This document shows, piece by piece, positions 1 through 9,389 of a stretch of DNA of 64,000 bases (within the stretch, counting starts at the first letter, position 1; each line of letters begins with the position of its first letter). The stretch is taken from NCBI GenBank assembly GCA_934272785.1, contig CAKQSE010000002.1, positions 3,588-67,587 on the forward strand, given 5' to 3'. A program made the position numbers and the translations under genes. Source of the stretch: an uncultured Alphaproteobacteria bacterium (GTDB lineage Bacteria; Pseudomonadota; Alphaproteobacteria; Rs-D84). Below the pieces are notes generated by a model. The model did not search any database. It had not been told where the DNA came from and saw only the letters and a list, made by a program, of their open reading frames with translations.

Positions 1-260
1 TTTTTGGACGTTTTTGCCCAGATTCTTGCGGGATTCAGACCTTTTAATTCGGCATAAATTTTTATGTTTTTTTGTGAATTTTTTCAGGTGGGAAATCATA
101 CCCATTGTGACTTTTATCATCTGATTTTCTATTTTTGCCACCCCACCGAATCGCCAACCGCGATCATAATTTGTCCCTGTGCGTTGTCCCTTTAATATAA
201 CGACACCCCGGCACTTCGTGCCCCCCCCTCCAACGGAGGGGAACTCGGTCCGCGACAAAA

Positions 261-320
261 AAATAAGCGCGCCGATGGCGCGCAACATTGCTCTTTGCTC
301 TCTACACTCTGCACTCTCTA
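261..320 (+). repeat. truncated copy of the repeat tail (hairpin plus CT-rich motif)
   Basis: GCGCGCC-GAT-GGCGCGC followed by CATTGCTCTTTGCTCTCTACACTCTGCACTCTCTA. Compare 11104-11160. Confidence 0.6.
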
Positions 321-322
321 TG

Positions 323-351
323 AAAAAACGCGCCCTGGGCGCGTTTTTTTT
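323..351. terminator. bidirectional intrinsic terminator
   Basis: A6-ACGCGC-CCTGG-GCGCGT-T8. Confidence 0.6.
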
Positions 352-451
352 AAATGGAATGTCGTTTCGCACGGCTACACGTAACCTGCGCTGACGCTTG
401 GTTTCATCACCGATTGATTTTGCATACGCAAAATCCGGTGACACCATTCCA

Positions 452-904
452 TTAAAATGGAATGTCGTCACCAATGTCGGCAACGGAAATCTCTTCGCGT
501 GGGGCCGGGGCCGCCGCGGGTGCGTCACCCATTCCCTGGGAATCCAGGCTCTTGGCACCAGACAGGATAACCATCTGGCCTGCGAATTGATTCAAGACAA
601 CCTCGGTCGTAAAGACGTCTGCGCCCTGTTGATTTTGCCATTTGCGCGTGCGCAGCGAACCTTCCAGATACAGTTTTGTGCCCTTTTGCAACATGCGTTC
701 TGCGACATCAACCAGGTTAGGATTGAAAATCACAACACGATGCCATTCTGTTTGTTCCTTTTGTTCACCGGTCGCACGGTCGCGCCATCTGTCCGATGTT
801 GCCAATGAAAAGCTGACGACTTTTTGTCCGCTCTGCATTGTGCGCACCTGGGGATCCTGGCCAACATTGCCAACCAATATCACTTTATTTATGCTGCCTG
901 CCAT
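452..904 (-). CDS. ssb: single-stranded DNA-binding protein
   Basis: ORF 452..946(-). Start trimmed to [15 protein letters not shown] (ATG at 904), preceded by an AAGGAAG SD. OB-fold SSB sequence and acidic C-terminal tip DDIPF. Confidence 0.95.
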   Translation of the reverse strand: MAGSINKVILVGNVGQDPQVRTMQSGQKVVSFSLATSDRWRDRATGEQKEQTEWHRVVIFNPNLVDVAERMLQKGTKLYLEGSLRTRKWQNQQGADVFTTEVVLNQFAGQMVILSGAKSLDSQGMGDAPAAAPAPREEISVADIGDDIPF

Positions 905-981
905 GTTTCTACTTCCTTTGTTTAATTGTATGTTTAATGAAAGCAATTACACGCCTAAAAAGCAAGTAAAAATAACAAATC

Positions 982-1010
982 TTGACTTTTACGGACAAAA
1001 AGCGTATAAT
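982..1010 (+). promoter_or_regulatory. sigma70-type promoter of rho
   Basis: TTGACT-17-TATAAT. Confidence 0.55.
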
Positions 1011-1078
1011 ACGTGGGCTAAATAGATAAACACAGGGTGCAAATTCTTGCATACCCACCCCCACAAAAGGATTTATTC

Positions 1079-2347
<1,269 letters not shown>

Positions 2348-2350
2348 AAA

Positions 2351-2376
2351 AAACGGGGCAATGCCCCGTTTTTGTT
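2351..2376 (+). terminator. rho terminator
   Basis: CGGGGC-AAT-GCCCCG followed by TTTTTGTTT. Confidence 0.7.
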
Positions 2377-2389
2377 TGGAAACAACACA

Positions 2390-2614
2390 ATGAAAATATA
2401 TCTGATTGCGGCGGTTGCCGCATTTATTTTATTTGCGTTTTACGCCGGGGTGCGCATTGGCACACTGGGGTGCGAACGCGCCGCATCGCGCGCCGCAATA
2501 ACGCAACAAAACCGCATTATTCAACACCAGGAACAGATAAATGAAAAAACTATGCATACTGGCATGCGCGATATTCGTCGCATCTTGCGCGAAAAATACA
2601 CCATTGCCGAATAA
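2390..2614 (+). CDS. small type-II membrane protein with helical tail (i-spanin/Rz-like architecture)
   Basis: ORF 2372..2614; the TTG at 2372 lies inside the rho terminator T-run, so ATG 2390 (MKIYLIAAVAAFILFAFYAG) is preferred. One N-terminal TM helix, then a Q/E/R-rich helical segment. Its 3' end overlaps the next ORF in the +1 frame. Confidence 0.5.
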   Translation: MKIYLIAAVAAFILFAFYAGVRIGTLGCERAASRAAITQQNRIIQHQEQINEKTMHTGMRDIRRILREKYTIAE

Positions 2615-2726
2615 CACATGTCCGCCATGCACGCCAATATATGGGCGCGCAAATGACTGGGGCCAAATCAGTGACGATTTGGCCCGCAATATTTACCGAC
2701 ATAATTTGATGTGTGACGAATTTTAG
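2541..2726 (+). CDS. small proline/cysteine-rich lipoprotein (o-spanin/Rz1-like architecture)
   Basis: MKKLCILACAIFVASC has a lipobox (VASC). The mature ~46-aa peptide is rich in Pro and Cys. The start is embedded in the 3' end of the preceding ORF in another frame. Confidence 0.5.
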   Translation: MKKLCILACAIFVASCAKNTPLPNNTCPPCTPIYGRANDWGQISDDLARNIYRHNLMCDEF

Positions 2727-3565
2727 TCCGCCATTGCAATGCCAACCAATTCGCGAACGATTTCCGCGCTTTGCGCGTCATCGTCACGTGGTGCATATTC
2801 CACAAATTCAAAACTGTGTGCGTCCGGCGCAAATGCGTGCACCAACTGGCGCGCCGTATCCAGGGACAGACCGTCCGGCTCTGGCACCAGAACGGACCTA
2901 AACACATTTGCGTCAATCGCATCAAAGTCAAACGACACAACATATGGACGACCATCAATCTGGCGAATAATTTCGCCGATAACTGCATCGACCTTTTCTG
3001 GCATGTCTAAATCCAACGGCGTGCGCATAAATATATTATTCTGGTTCACGCATTCGATTTCGGCCGGTTCATAAGAGCGCGAGCCCAAATAAAACACATT
3101 TTCCGGACGCAGTGCTGGCACACGTGCCTGCAGCCCCAGCCAACGCTCGTCCCCCTGGCCCAGCAATGCCCGAACGTTTGTCCCATGTGGCGCACCAGAC
3201 GCCTGGGCACGGGACGATTCCGGTGTGTGAATATCCAAATGCGCATCAATATAGACCAGGCACAAATCAGAATTTCCCATACGGTCCGCCAGTGCCGCGA
3301 AATGCCCGAAATTCACCGAGTGATCACCACCAATCAATACGTGTGGCGTATGCGGGGTCGACGCATAAATCTTGCGCTGAATCAAGAAATTTTCACCGAA
3401 CCGATCGGTTGACCACAATTCGGCATCGTATGGATCGGCCGCGACCACGGTCCAGTTTGCGTCTGGATACATTTTACGCACCGCCGCCGGTGCCAACGCC
3501 GGTCCACCCAGCACCAGTTGTGCGGTTGCGCCGCGCCCATACTCTATTCCAAATAAAGATTTCAT
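2723..3565 (-). CDS. arginase/agmatinase/formiminoglutamase-family ureohydrolase
   Basis: Family motifs GGDHSV, DAHLDIH and SFDFDAID. The start ATG overlaps the upstream stop codon (ATGA). Confidence 0.85.
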   Translation of the reverse strand: MKSLFGIEYGRGATAQLVLGGPALAPAAVRKMYPDANWTVVAADPYDAELWSTDRFGENFLIQRKIYASTPHTPHVLIGGDHSVNFGHFAALADRMGNSDLCLVYIDAHLDIHTPESSRAQASGAPHGTNVRALLGQGDERWLGLQARVPALRPENVFYLGSRSYEPAEIECVNQNNIFMRTPLDLDMPEKVDAVIGEIIRQIDGRPYVVSFDFDAIDANVFRSVLVPEPDGLSLDTARQLVHAFAPDAHSFEFVEYAPRDDDAQSAEIVRELVGIAMAD

Positions 3566-4626
3566 TTATAAGACTCCACTATACTCTGGGCGGCATTTTT
3601 TATTTTTTGCAGCGATTTTTCATACGTTGCACAGTCACGCGCAATCTCTGAACGATAAACATCACGCAGGTTTGCCGCCATATAAAAGCACCCACGTAAA
3701 TGCTGCACACAATAGTCATGACCGGTTACAAATGCGTTTTGACCACGCACCCTGCTCTCGGTCCCGGCCCAGTCAATGTTCAACGCATTATCCAGGTTTT
3801 CCCATGAATTTTCGCCAGAATATTTTCCAACTGCATCCATCCAATACTGACTCATTTCCGCGTCTGTCCAATGCTTCGTGGTCCGCATAGTCAATATTTG
3901 CTTTATCAGTGCATCAATATCCGTCTGGTATTGCGAATCGATTTGCGCCAAGCGCGCACTGCAATAACAACGATTATACGCGGTATTTTCACGCTGGCAA
4001 TATCCGTTCATGCATTCCGTATAATCGGCCAGGCACCGCACCGACGATATTGCGTCGCCGTCGGTCGTGATTGTATTGGTCGTGGCCGTATCGGTGCGAT
4101 CCACCGTTACTGTGTTGTCACGCCCACTGCGCGCGACGACGTTACGCGTTGACACGCCACGTGTGGTTCCCGATGCGACACTGCCAGTGGCCGCCGACGT
4201 GCGCATGCCCATTGATGAATTTGTCGCACTGCGTGCGGTCGTGCGACGCGCGACAACGCGGCGTGCAGCCTGGCCATATGTGCCAGACGACGAAACATTT
4301 GTGTTCGTGGCAACCGCACTGCGCGCCGATGACGACGCACCACGCGCAACCACGCGACGCGATGTCGTGCCCGATGTAGTATTGGCCGGCACGGTCCGCG
4401 TTAAAACGTCAATCTGGTTTGTGGATTGGGACGGCGTTGTCCCCGGATTTAAATTAGTGCGCATTTTATTGTTCATATACGGATACAGGTTGTTATATGT
4501 ATTCGCACTGACGTAATTTGATGCGGCGGCGCCACTGCGCGTGGTGGCACAAATTCCGCCCCCGGTTGCCATGGCAACAATAACAAAAGCGGCAAAAAAT
4601 CGGACCAACCTGTTCATATATCGCAT
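3562..4626 (-). CDS. secreted hypothetical protein (S/T/R-rich repeats plus Cys-rich C-terminal domain)
   Basis: N-terminal signal-like MNRLVRFFAAFVIVAMATGG. Three R(R/N)VVAR-containing degenerate repeats. C-terminal domain of about 170 aa with 8 Cys. No family recognised. Confidence 0.7.
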   Translation of the reverse strand: MRYMNRLVRFFAAFVIVAMATGGGICATTRSGAAASNYVSANTYNNLYPYMNNKMRTNLNPGTTPSQSTNQIDVLTRTVPANTTSGTTSRRVVARGASSSARSAVATNTNVSSSGTYGQAARRVVARRTTARSATNSSMGMRTSAATGSVASGTTRGVSTRNVVARSGRDNTVTVDRTDTATTNTITTDGDAISSVRCLADYTECMNGYCQRENTAYNRCYCSARLAQIDSQYQTDIDALIKQILTMRTTKHWTDAEMSQYWMDAVGKYSGENSWENLDNALNIDWAGTESRVRGQNAFVTGHDYCVQHLRGCFYMAANLRDVYRSEIARDCATYEKSLQKIKNAAQSIVESYK

Positions 4627-4674
4627 GATATAAACTTTTACCCCCTGCGTTCAAGCATAAAATAATATAAACAT

Positions 4675-4702
4675 TTGCAATTCAAAAAATTGCTGTTATA
4701 AT
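4675..4702 (+). promoter_or_regulatory. promoter of tRNA-Pro
   Basis: TTGCAA-16-TATAAT, about 11 nt upstream of the tRNA 5' end. Confidence 0.55.
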
Positions 4703-4713
4703 TGCAGACGTTT

Positions 4714-4790
4714 CGGGGCGTAGCTCAGTCTGGTAGAGTGCTTGCTTTGGGAGCAAGATGTCGAAGGTTCGAATCCTTTCGCCCCGACCA
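4714..4790 (+). tRNA. tRNA-Pro (anticodon TGG)
   Basis: Cloverleaf read by hand: acceptor CGGGGCG/CGCCCCG, anticodon loop TTTGGGA, T-loop TTCGAAT, encoded CCA. Confidence 0.95.
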
Positions 4791-4800
4791 AAAAATAACA

Positions 4801-4830
4801 AACGACCACTTTGGGTCGTTTTTTATTTTT
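4801..4830 (+). terminator. tRNA-Pro terminator
   Basis: ACGACC-ACTTTG-GGTCGT followed by a T-run. Confidence 0.65.
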
Positions 4831-5019
4831 TCCGCGGGACGCGGATTCGAACTTGGTTCTCATCTTTCCCTCGTTGTGGCACGCCACAACTGCGGGGCAT
4901 TCGTGACGGTTTGGTCGCGCTATGCGCGCCCGCACCTACTCATTGTCGCCCCATACCATAGTTTTCACGTCCAGAAACAAATCGCTTTTATTTGTGGGGC
5001 GGTGGGGTATAATCGGGGT

Positions 5020-5397
5020 ATGAAGAAACTGAGTGATGATGATATCTTGGCAATGGCAGGGGGCGATTTTGTCCCAGATGCGCGCGCCGTCAACAAATCT
5101 GTGCGGGCGAAATTACGTCTGGGGACGCTGATTCCAGACGCGCCGACCGATGTGCCAAAATATGCACGATTGGACCTGCACCAGATGACCGAAGACCAGG
5201 CGTGGAACGCAATCATGGAACTGGCCACGTCGGGCGTGCGGCGCGCACAAATCATCACTGGCGCGTCGGGCATTTTGCACCAGAAATTTCCGCAATGGGC
5301 ACGCGAAAGTATCTTGAGCCCATATATAATGGAATTTGCACCAATCAATAATGGCAGTTTTGATGTTCGCTTTCGTCGCATGACGCGCGACGCGTAA
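5020..5397 (+). CDS. Smr (MutS2-related small) domain protein
   Basis: The track ORF 4702..5397 runs through tRNA-Pro. The real start is MKKLSDDD at 5020. Smr signature LDLHQMTEDQAW...IITGASG. Confidence 0.75.
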   Translation: MKKLSDDDILAMAGGDFVPDARAVNKSVRAKLRLGTLIPDAPTDVPKYARLDLHQMTEDQAWNAIMELATSGVRRAQIITGASGILHQKFPQWARESILSPYIMEFAPINNGSFDVRFRRMTRDA

Positions 5398-5401
5398 TCT
5401 G

Positions 5402-6388
5402 TTACCGGTGTTTATATCCGCAATGTTTTATCATCGTTGTCGGGTCAATCGAGTATTTATTGCCCCGGGCCGCGTCTGGCGTGATGGCATAGTGCAGATG
5501 GGGCCCCGTGCTGACGCCTGTGCTGCCCACCTGGCCAATACGACAGCCCGCCGAAACGCGTTCGCCCTGTTTTACCAATGCCTTGCTGAGGTGGCAATAC
5601 GTGCTGGCATAATTATTGTCGTGCGTGATTTTAACATAGATTCCACATGCATTGACGCTGGGGTTGGTCACGACCGTGGTGACAGTGCCATCGGCGGTAG
5701 CAAATACATCGGTGCCCATGGTCGCCGAAATATCAATACCGTAATGCATACGCCGCGTTTTATGCACAGGGTGAATTCGATACCCAAACGGCGACGTTAT
5801 AATCATTGGGTCCGCCATCAGTGGGCACCCCGTGGGCAGACGATTTCCCACCGGTGTTTTTTCAACAACCGGGCGACATGTGCGCGCGCCGGCAACCGCC
5901 CCCGTTGTGACAGGCGATGGTGACGGTGCGGGTGTTGCGACAATCGGATTATTTGGCGCGGGCGTTGGGGCGGCGACCGGCGGTTGTGGTTGTGTGGCAA
6001 CCGGTGGGGTTGTCGTAATCGGGGTCGGCGTGACGGGCTGCGCATCCGGCGTTGGAACAGCGGGCGTTGTCGGCACCGCTGGTGTGGGGGGCGTCGTATA
6101 TCCCGCCGCGGCCAGGTCGGCCATTGCCGCCCGGGTCAGACGATCGATTTCGGCCTGCTCTTCCTCGAATGTAATGCCGGCGTATGGGCACCCGGAAATA
6201 CAATGACCATTTTCATCGTATTCTGATTCAAATGGCGTGTATCCTTCGGCCAAGACCGCCATCCGCTGGGTAAATGACAGGTCGTTAAATGTTTTCGGAA
6301 ATTGTTGCGCCTGTAACAGACTGGCCGCCGTTGCCGCCGACGCCACCAGTATCAAGCCACCCAAAACAAATATATTCCGCGCTTTCAT
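5402..6388 (-). CDS. M23 family metallopeptidase with Pro/Thr/Ala-rich linker
   Basis: ORF 5402..6460. Signal-peptide start MKARNIFVLGGLILVASAATA at 6388. LytM motifs HYGIDI and GPHLHY. Confidence 0.85.
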   Translation of the reverse strand: MKARNIFVLGGLILVASAATAASLLQAQQFPKTFNDLSFTQRMAVLAEGYTPFESEYDENGHCISGCPYAGITFEEEQAEIDRLTRAAMADLAAAGYTTPPTPAVPTTPAVPTPDAQPVTPTPITTTPPVATQPQPPVAAPTPAPNNPIVATPAPSPSPVTTGAVAGARTCRPVVEKTPVGNRLPTGCPLMADPMIITSPFGYRIHPVHKTRRMHYGIDISATMGTDVFATADGTVTTVVTNPSVNACGIYVKITHDNNYASTYCHLSKALVKQGERVSAGCRIGQVGSTGVSTGPHLHYAITPDAARGNKYSIDPTTMIKHCGYKHR

Positions 6389-6465
6389 TGTCCCATGTAT
6401 TATAACACATTTTTTTACTGACGTGGTGGCTTTTTTGTGTATAATCCCCGCCAGAGGCATAATAA

Positions 6466-7389
6466 ATGACAGTATATGATCATATCCGCCGTAATAATAT
6501 CAAGACCGCTGTTCTGGTCGCGGCATTTCCACTGATTTTTATCGCATTGGTGTTTTTGTTTGTGTGGTGCGTGGCACCGATTGATACCGCCGTGCGCACC
6601 ACCGCCCAGGTTGCAATTCCGACATTTATCGCGTGTGGCGTATGGATGATAATATCGTGGGCATTTGGTGATTCAATGATGCTGAACGCGGCGCACGCCA
6701 CCGAAATCCACGATGATGACAAACAGAACCGTGAAATTTTCCGTGCGGTTGAAAATGTCGCACTGGCGGCCGGATTGCCACGACCACGCGTATATATAAT
6801 TGATGACGATTCTATGAACGCATTTGCCACCGGGCGCAGCCCCCGCGACGCGTCGGTTGCGTTGACACGCGGGATTGTAAAGCGACTGAGTCGTCTGGAA
6901 CTGGAAGGGGTAATCGCCCACGAAATGGCGCACATTGGCAACCGCGATATTCGGTTGGACATGTTGCTGATTACAGGGGTCGGTGTCACAGTCTTTGCCG
7001 CCGACGTGATTGGTCGTACAATTATGTATGGTGGCGCACGCAGCGACGATGATAACAAGAACGGCGGCGCGGCGGTGTTGCTGATGGTGTGGCTGGCGTT
7101 TATGGTGTTTAATTGGATTATCACGCCACTGTTGCGGATGGCGGTATCACGCAATCGCGAATATGCCGCTGACGCCACCGGGGCCCAGATAACACGCAAT
7201 CCGCGCGCGTTGGCGTCGGCATTGCGCAAGATTACAACCGACTCGCGCGTTGAATGCCTGGACAAGACGGCATCAATGGCGGCCGTGTGTATCGCCGATC
7301 CGCGGGGACTGCGCGAATTCGCGTCCAGCCTGATGGCAACGCACCCGCCGGTGGAAAAACGTATTGAAAGACTGGAATCAATGGCATAA
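6466..7389 (+). CDS. htpX: protease HtpX (M48 family)
   Basis: Four TM segments, HEMAHIGNRD zinc motif, C-terminal THPPVEKRI. AGAGG SD upstream. Confidence 0.9.
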   Translation: MTVYDHIRRNNIKTAVLVAAFPLIFIALVFLFVWCVAPIDTAVRTTAQVAIPTFIACGVWMIISWAFGDSMMLNAAHATEIHDDDKQNREIFRAVENVALAAGLPRPRVYIIDDDSMNAFATGRSPRDASVALTRGIVKRLSRLELEGVIAHEMAHIGNRDIRLDMLLITGVGVTVFAADVIGRTIMYGGARSDDDNKNGGAAVLLMVWLAFMVFNWIITPLLRMAVSRNREYAADATGAQITRNPRALASALRKITTDSRVECLDKTASMAAVCIADPRGLREFASSLMATHPPVEKRIERLESMA

Positions 7390-7401
7390 AAGGAGTATGT
7401 G

Positions 7402-7992
7402 ATGGCTAACCTGCACTTTCATTATGGAACAATGGGATGTTCCAAGTCGGCACAACTGATTATCAATGCGTATAACCAGAACAAAAACGGCAACCAGACC
7501 GAGGTGCTGAAACCCAAAACCGACAATCGTTTCAGTGCGGACCGCGTTGATTCGCGCGTTGGGATATCGGTTGACGCAATTGTGCGGGAAAATCTGGCCG
7601 ACTATGCACCAGCGACAAACACAAAAATGGTCCTGGTGGACGAGGTTCAGTTTTTCACCCCCGCCGATATCGATCGTCTGGTCAAAATCGCGGACAGTCG
7701 CCCGATTATCATAATGTGCTATGGCCTGATGGTGGACAGCAACGAACACCTGTTCCCGGCGTCCCAACGATTGATAGAGGTTGGCGCAAAACTGCACCGC
7801 ATGGAATCCACATGCCAGATTCCAGGTTGCATGCACCTGGCGACGCACCATTTGCGATTTGATGCGAACGGCAACGTCGTGCGCGCGGGCGAACAAATCG
7901 CCGTCGGGGACAGCAATTATAAATCCGTCTGCCGCCAGCATTTTAACGCGCTGTATCACGCCGCGGGCGCGGACGAACGTGGTGGCCGATAA
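7402..7992 (+). CDS. tdk: thymidine kinase
   Basis: P-loop GTMGCSKS, VDEVQFF and a C-terminal Cys cluster (C..C...CRQHF). ATG at 7402 directly follows the GTG at 7399. Confidence 0.9.
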   Translation: MANLHFHYGTMGCSKSAQLIINAYNQNKNGNQTEVLKPKTDNRFSADRVDSRVGISVDAIVRENLADYAPATNTKMVLVDEVQFFTPADIDRLVKIADSRPIIIMCYGLMVDSNEHLFPASQRLIEVGAKLHRMESTCQIPGCMHLATHHLRFDANGNVVRAGEQIAVGDSNYKSVCRQHFNALYHAAGADERGGR

Positions 7993-8009
7993 AAAAGATT
8001 ATTTTTTCT

Positions 8010-8037
8010 TGCAATCCGAATAAAAATGTATAGAATA
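8010..8037 (+). promoter_or_regulatory. promoter of tRNA-Arg
   Basis: TTGCAA-16-TAGAAT, 10 nt upstream of the tRNA. Confidence 0.5.
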
Positions 8038-8047
8038 TAACAACGTT

Positions 8048-8124
8048 GCGCCCATGGCTCAATTGGATAGAGCATCTGACTACGGATCAGAAGGTTGAGG
8101 GTTCGAATCCTTCTGGGCGCGCCA
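8048..8124 (+). tRNA. tRNA-Arg (anticodon ACG)
   Basis: Acceptor GCGCCCA/TGGGCGC, anticodon loop CTACGGA, T-loop TTCGAAT, encoded CCA. 77 nt. Confidence 0.95.
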
Positions 8125-8133
8125 GAATAAAAG

Positions 8134-8166
8134 ATACCCACGGTTGAATCCGTGGGTATTTTTTAT
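8134..8166 (+). terminator. tRNA-Arg terminator
   Basis: ATACCCACGG-TTGAAT-CCGTGGGTAT followed by T6. Confidence 0.75.
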
Positions 8167-8288
8167 TCCGTGCAAGTCCAAGGGTTCGAACCCGGTCAGA
8201 GGGTTCGAACCGCAGCAAAAAGGCGGAAACGCGCCGGTCCACCGTAGTTTTAACGAAGGTGGATTTTGCCAGGTCGGCGTCAGCCAAT

Positions 8289-8303
8289 CTTCTGGGCGCG
8301 CCA
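8289..8303 (+). other. direct repeat of the tRNA-Arg 3' end (att-like scar)
   Basis: CTTCTGGGCGCGCCA is identical to 8110-8124. GGGTTCGAAC/GGGTTCGAC T-arm-like fragments at about 8175, 8194 and 8313. Confidence 0.5.
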
Positions 8304-8364
8304 CCGACCAGAGGGTTCGACAATGAGTAGGCAAGCCAAGTAATAACGCAATTGCGCCCCACCC

Positions 8365-8387
8365 CACCGCCACGGCGGTGTTTTTTG
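8365..8387 (+). terminator. intrinsic terminator-like hairpin
   Basis: CACCGC-CACG-GCGGTG followed by T6. It closes the tRNA-debris region. Confidence 0.5.
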
Positions 8388-8466
8388 TTTGACACGATCG
8401 GGCGAAATAAGATAGTATATCGGCCAAGGGATCACAAAAAACTGTATCGTAGTAACGGAGAGATTT

Positions 8467-9339
8467 ATGTGTATCCCAAAAATAATTTCCACTGTTTTTA
8501 TTATGTCTGTGATTATGTGCCCGGTGCGCAACGCGATGGCGGATTTCTACGCGGGGTATAATGACGAGTGCTGGGTTGATGACGCCGGGAACGACGAATA
8601 TTGGTTCTGTGGCCAGCAAAAGGCATCGTGCCGTGGCAATGGGGCAGCGAAAAGAAACACGAAACACTGGCTGTATCACGGACATGGATTTTCGCACTGG
8701 GGCCGAAAGTATTACTGTTGCAACGGCAGTGGCAGTCGCGAAGGCAAATTTGTTCAAAGTAGCAGCTGGATACAGACCGAGATTGTGACGGTTCAACTGG
8801 CCGGTGGCACATGCAAATATGAAAAGAAATTAAACGCATGCGGCGACGTGGTGTCTGACGTGCCGTGCACCGTGCCAGATTCTTGCACGGGGACACTTTT
8901 TTTGCGCAATAACGAGTGTGCGGAATCATGCGACCCGGATTATGGTTTTGCCAGTGCGATATCAAACAAGTGCATTGCGTGCCCAACCGACACCACACAG
9001 GGCATTGATTCAAACGGCGTATGCATACTGTGCAATGGCGCGCAATTGTGGGACAACACCACCGCCCGTTGTATTGAAAAGTCAGAAATGCACGGATATA
9101 CATCTGATATTTTACGGCAGTGTTTTATGTGTCCGAACGACGACCTGTTCCGGCAATGCGTCAGCATACTGGGCGGCACAACAACCGGTGTGACCAACGT
9201 CATGCTATCAACCGCGTCGAAAATCTCGTCAAAAACGATTGACCCGTCAAAACTGGGGACACTGGGCACGGGAAAAATCAAAGAGGCCTTTGCATCCAAC
9301 CCACAGCAGGTGTTACGCAAGTGCAACGTGAAACAATAA
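8467..9339 (+). CDS. secreted cysteine-rich hypothetical protein
   Basis: GGAGA SD. Hydrophobic N-terminus. About 30 Cys spread over 290 aa. No family recognised. Confidence 0.6.
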   Translation: MCIPKIISTVFIMSVIMCPVRNAMADFYAGYNDECWVDDAGNDEYWFCGQQKASCRGNGAAKRNTKHWLYHGHGFSHWGRKYYCCNGSGSREGKFVQSSSWIQTEIVTVQLAGGTCKYEKKLNACGDVVSDVPCTVPDSCTGTLFLRNNECAESCDPDYGFASAISNKCIACPTDTTQGIDSNGVCILCNGAQLWDNTTARCIEKSEMHGYTSDILRQCFMCPNDDLFRQCVSILGGTTTGVTNVMLSTASKISSKTIDPSKLGTLGTGKIKEAFASNPQQVLRKCNVKQ

Positions 9340-9389
9340 AACCGCCATTGATACTTGTTGGTGACATCTGTTTATGATATAATTTGGAC

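Noticed and set aside
1-105. Partial minus-strand ORF leaving the window (MGMISHLKKFTKKHKNL...)
   Set aside because: Only about 35 codons are visible, with no SD and no recognisable family. That is not enough to call a gene.
4831-4890. tRNA-like 3' fragment GCGGGACGCGGATTCGAAC (minus-strand sense) and a perfect 7-bp hairpin GTTGTGG-CACG-CCACAAC downstream of tRNA-Pro
   Set aside because: There is no complementary T-stem, D-arm or anticodon arm, so it is not a functional tRNA. The identity is limited to the universal T-loop, so it cannot even be assigned as a scar with confidence.
4702-5019. 5' extension of the Smr ORF (track ORF 4702..5397) and minus-strand ORF 4696..4935
   Set aside because: Both read through tRNA-Pro and its terminator; the GFEPSTS-type peptide is a translated T-arm. 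The real CDS starts at 5020.
8167-8392. Possible two-piece (permuted) tmRNA gene, because of GGGTTCGAC and ..CCACC motifs
   Set aside because: No alanine-resume tag ORF ending in a typical (L/V)AA-stop is present. There is no proper acceptor/T-arm pairing and no CCA-terminated acceptor piece. A covariance model search is needed to be certain.
8080-8796. 238-aa minus-strand ORF spanning tRNA-Arg and the debris region
   Set aside because: It overlaps a bona fide tRNA and two terminators and has no SD. It is a translation artefact.
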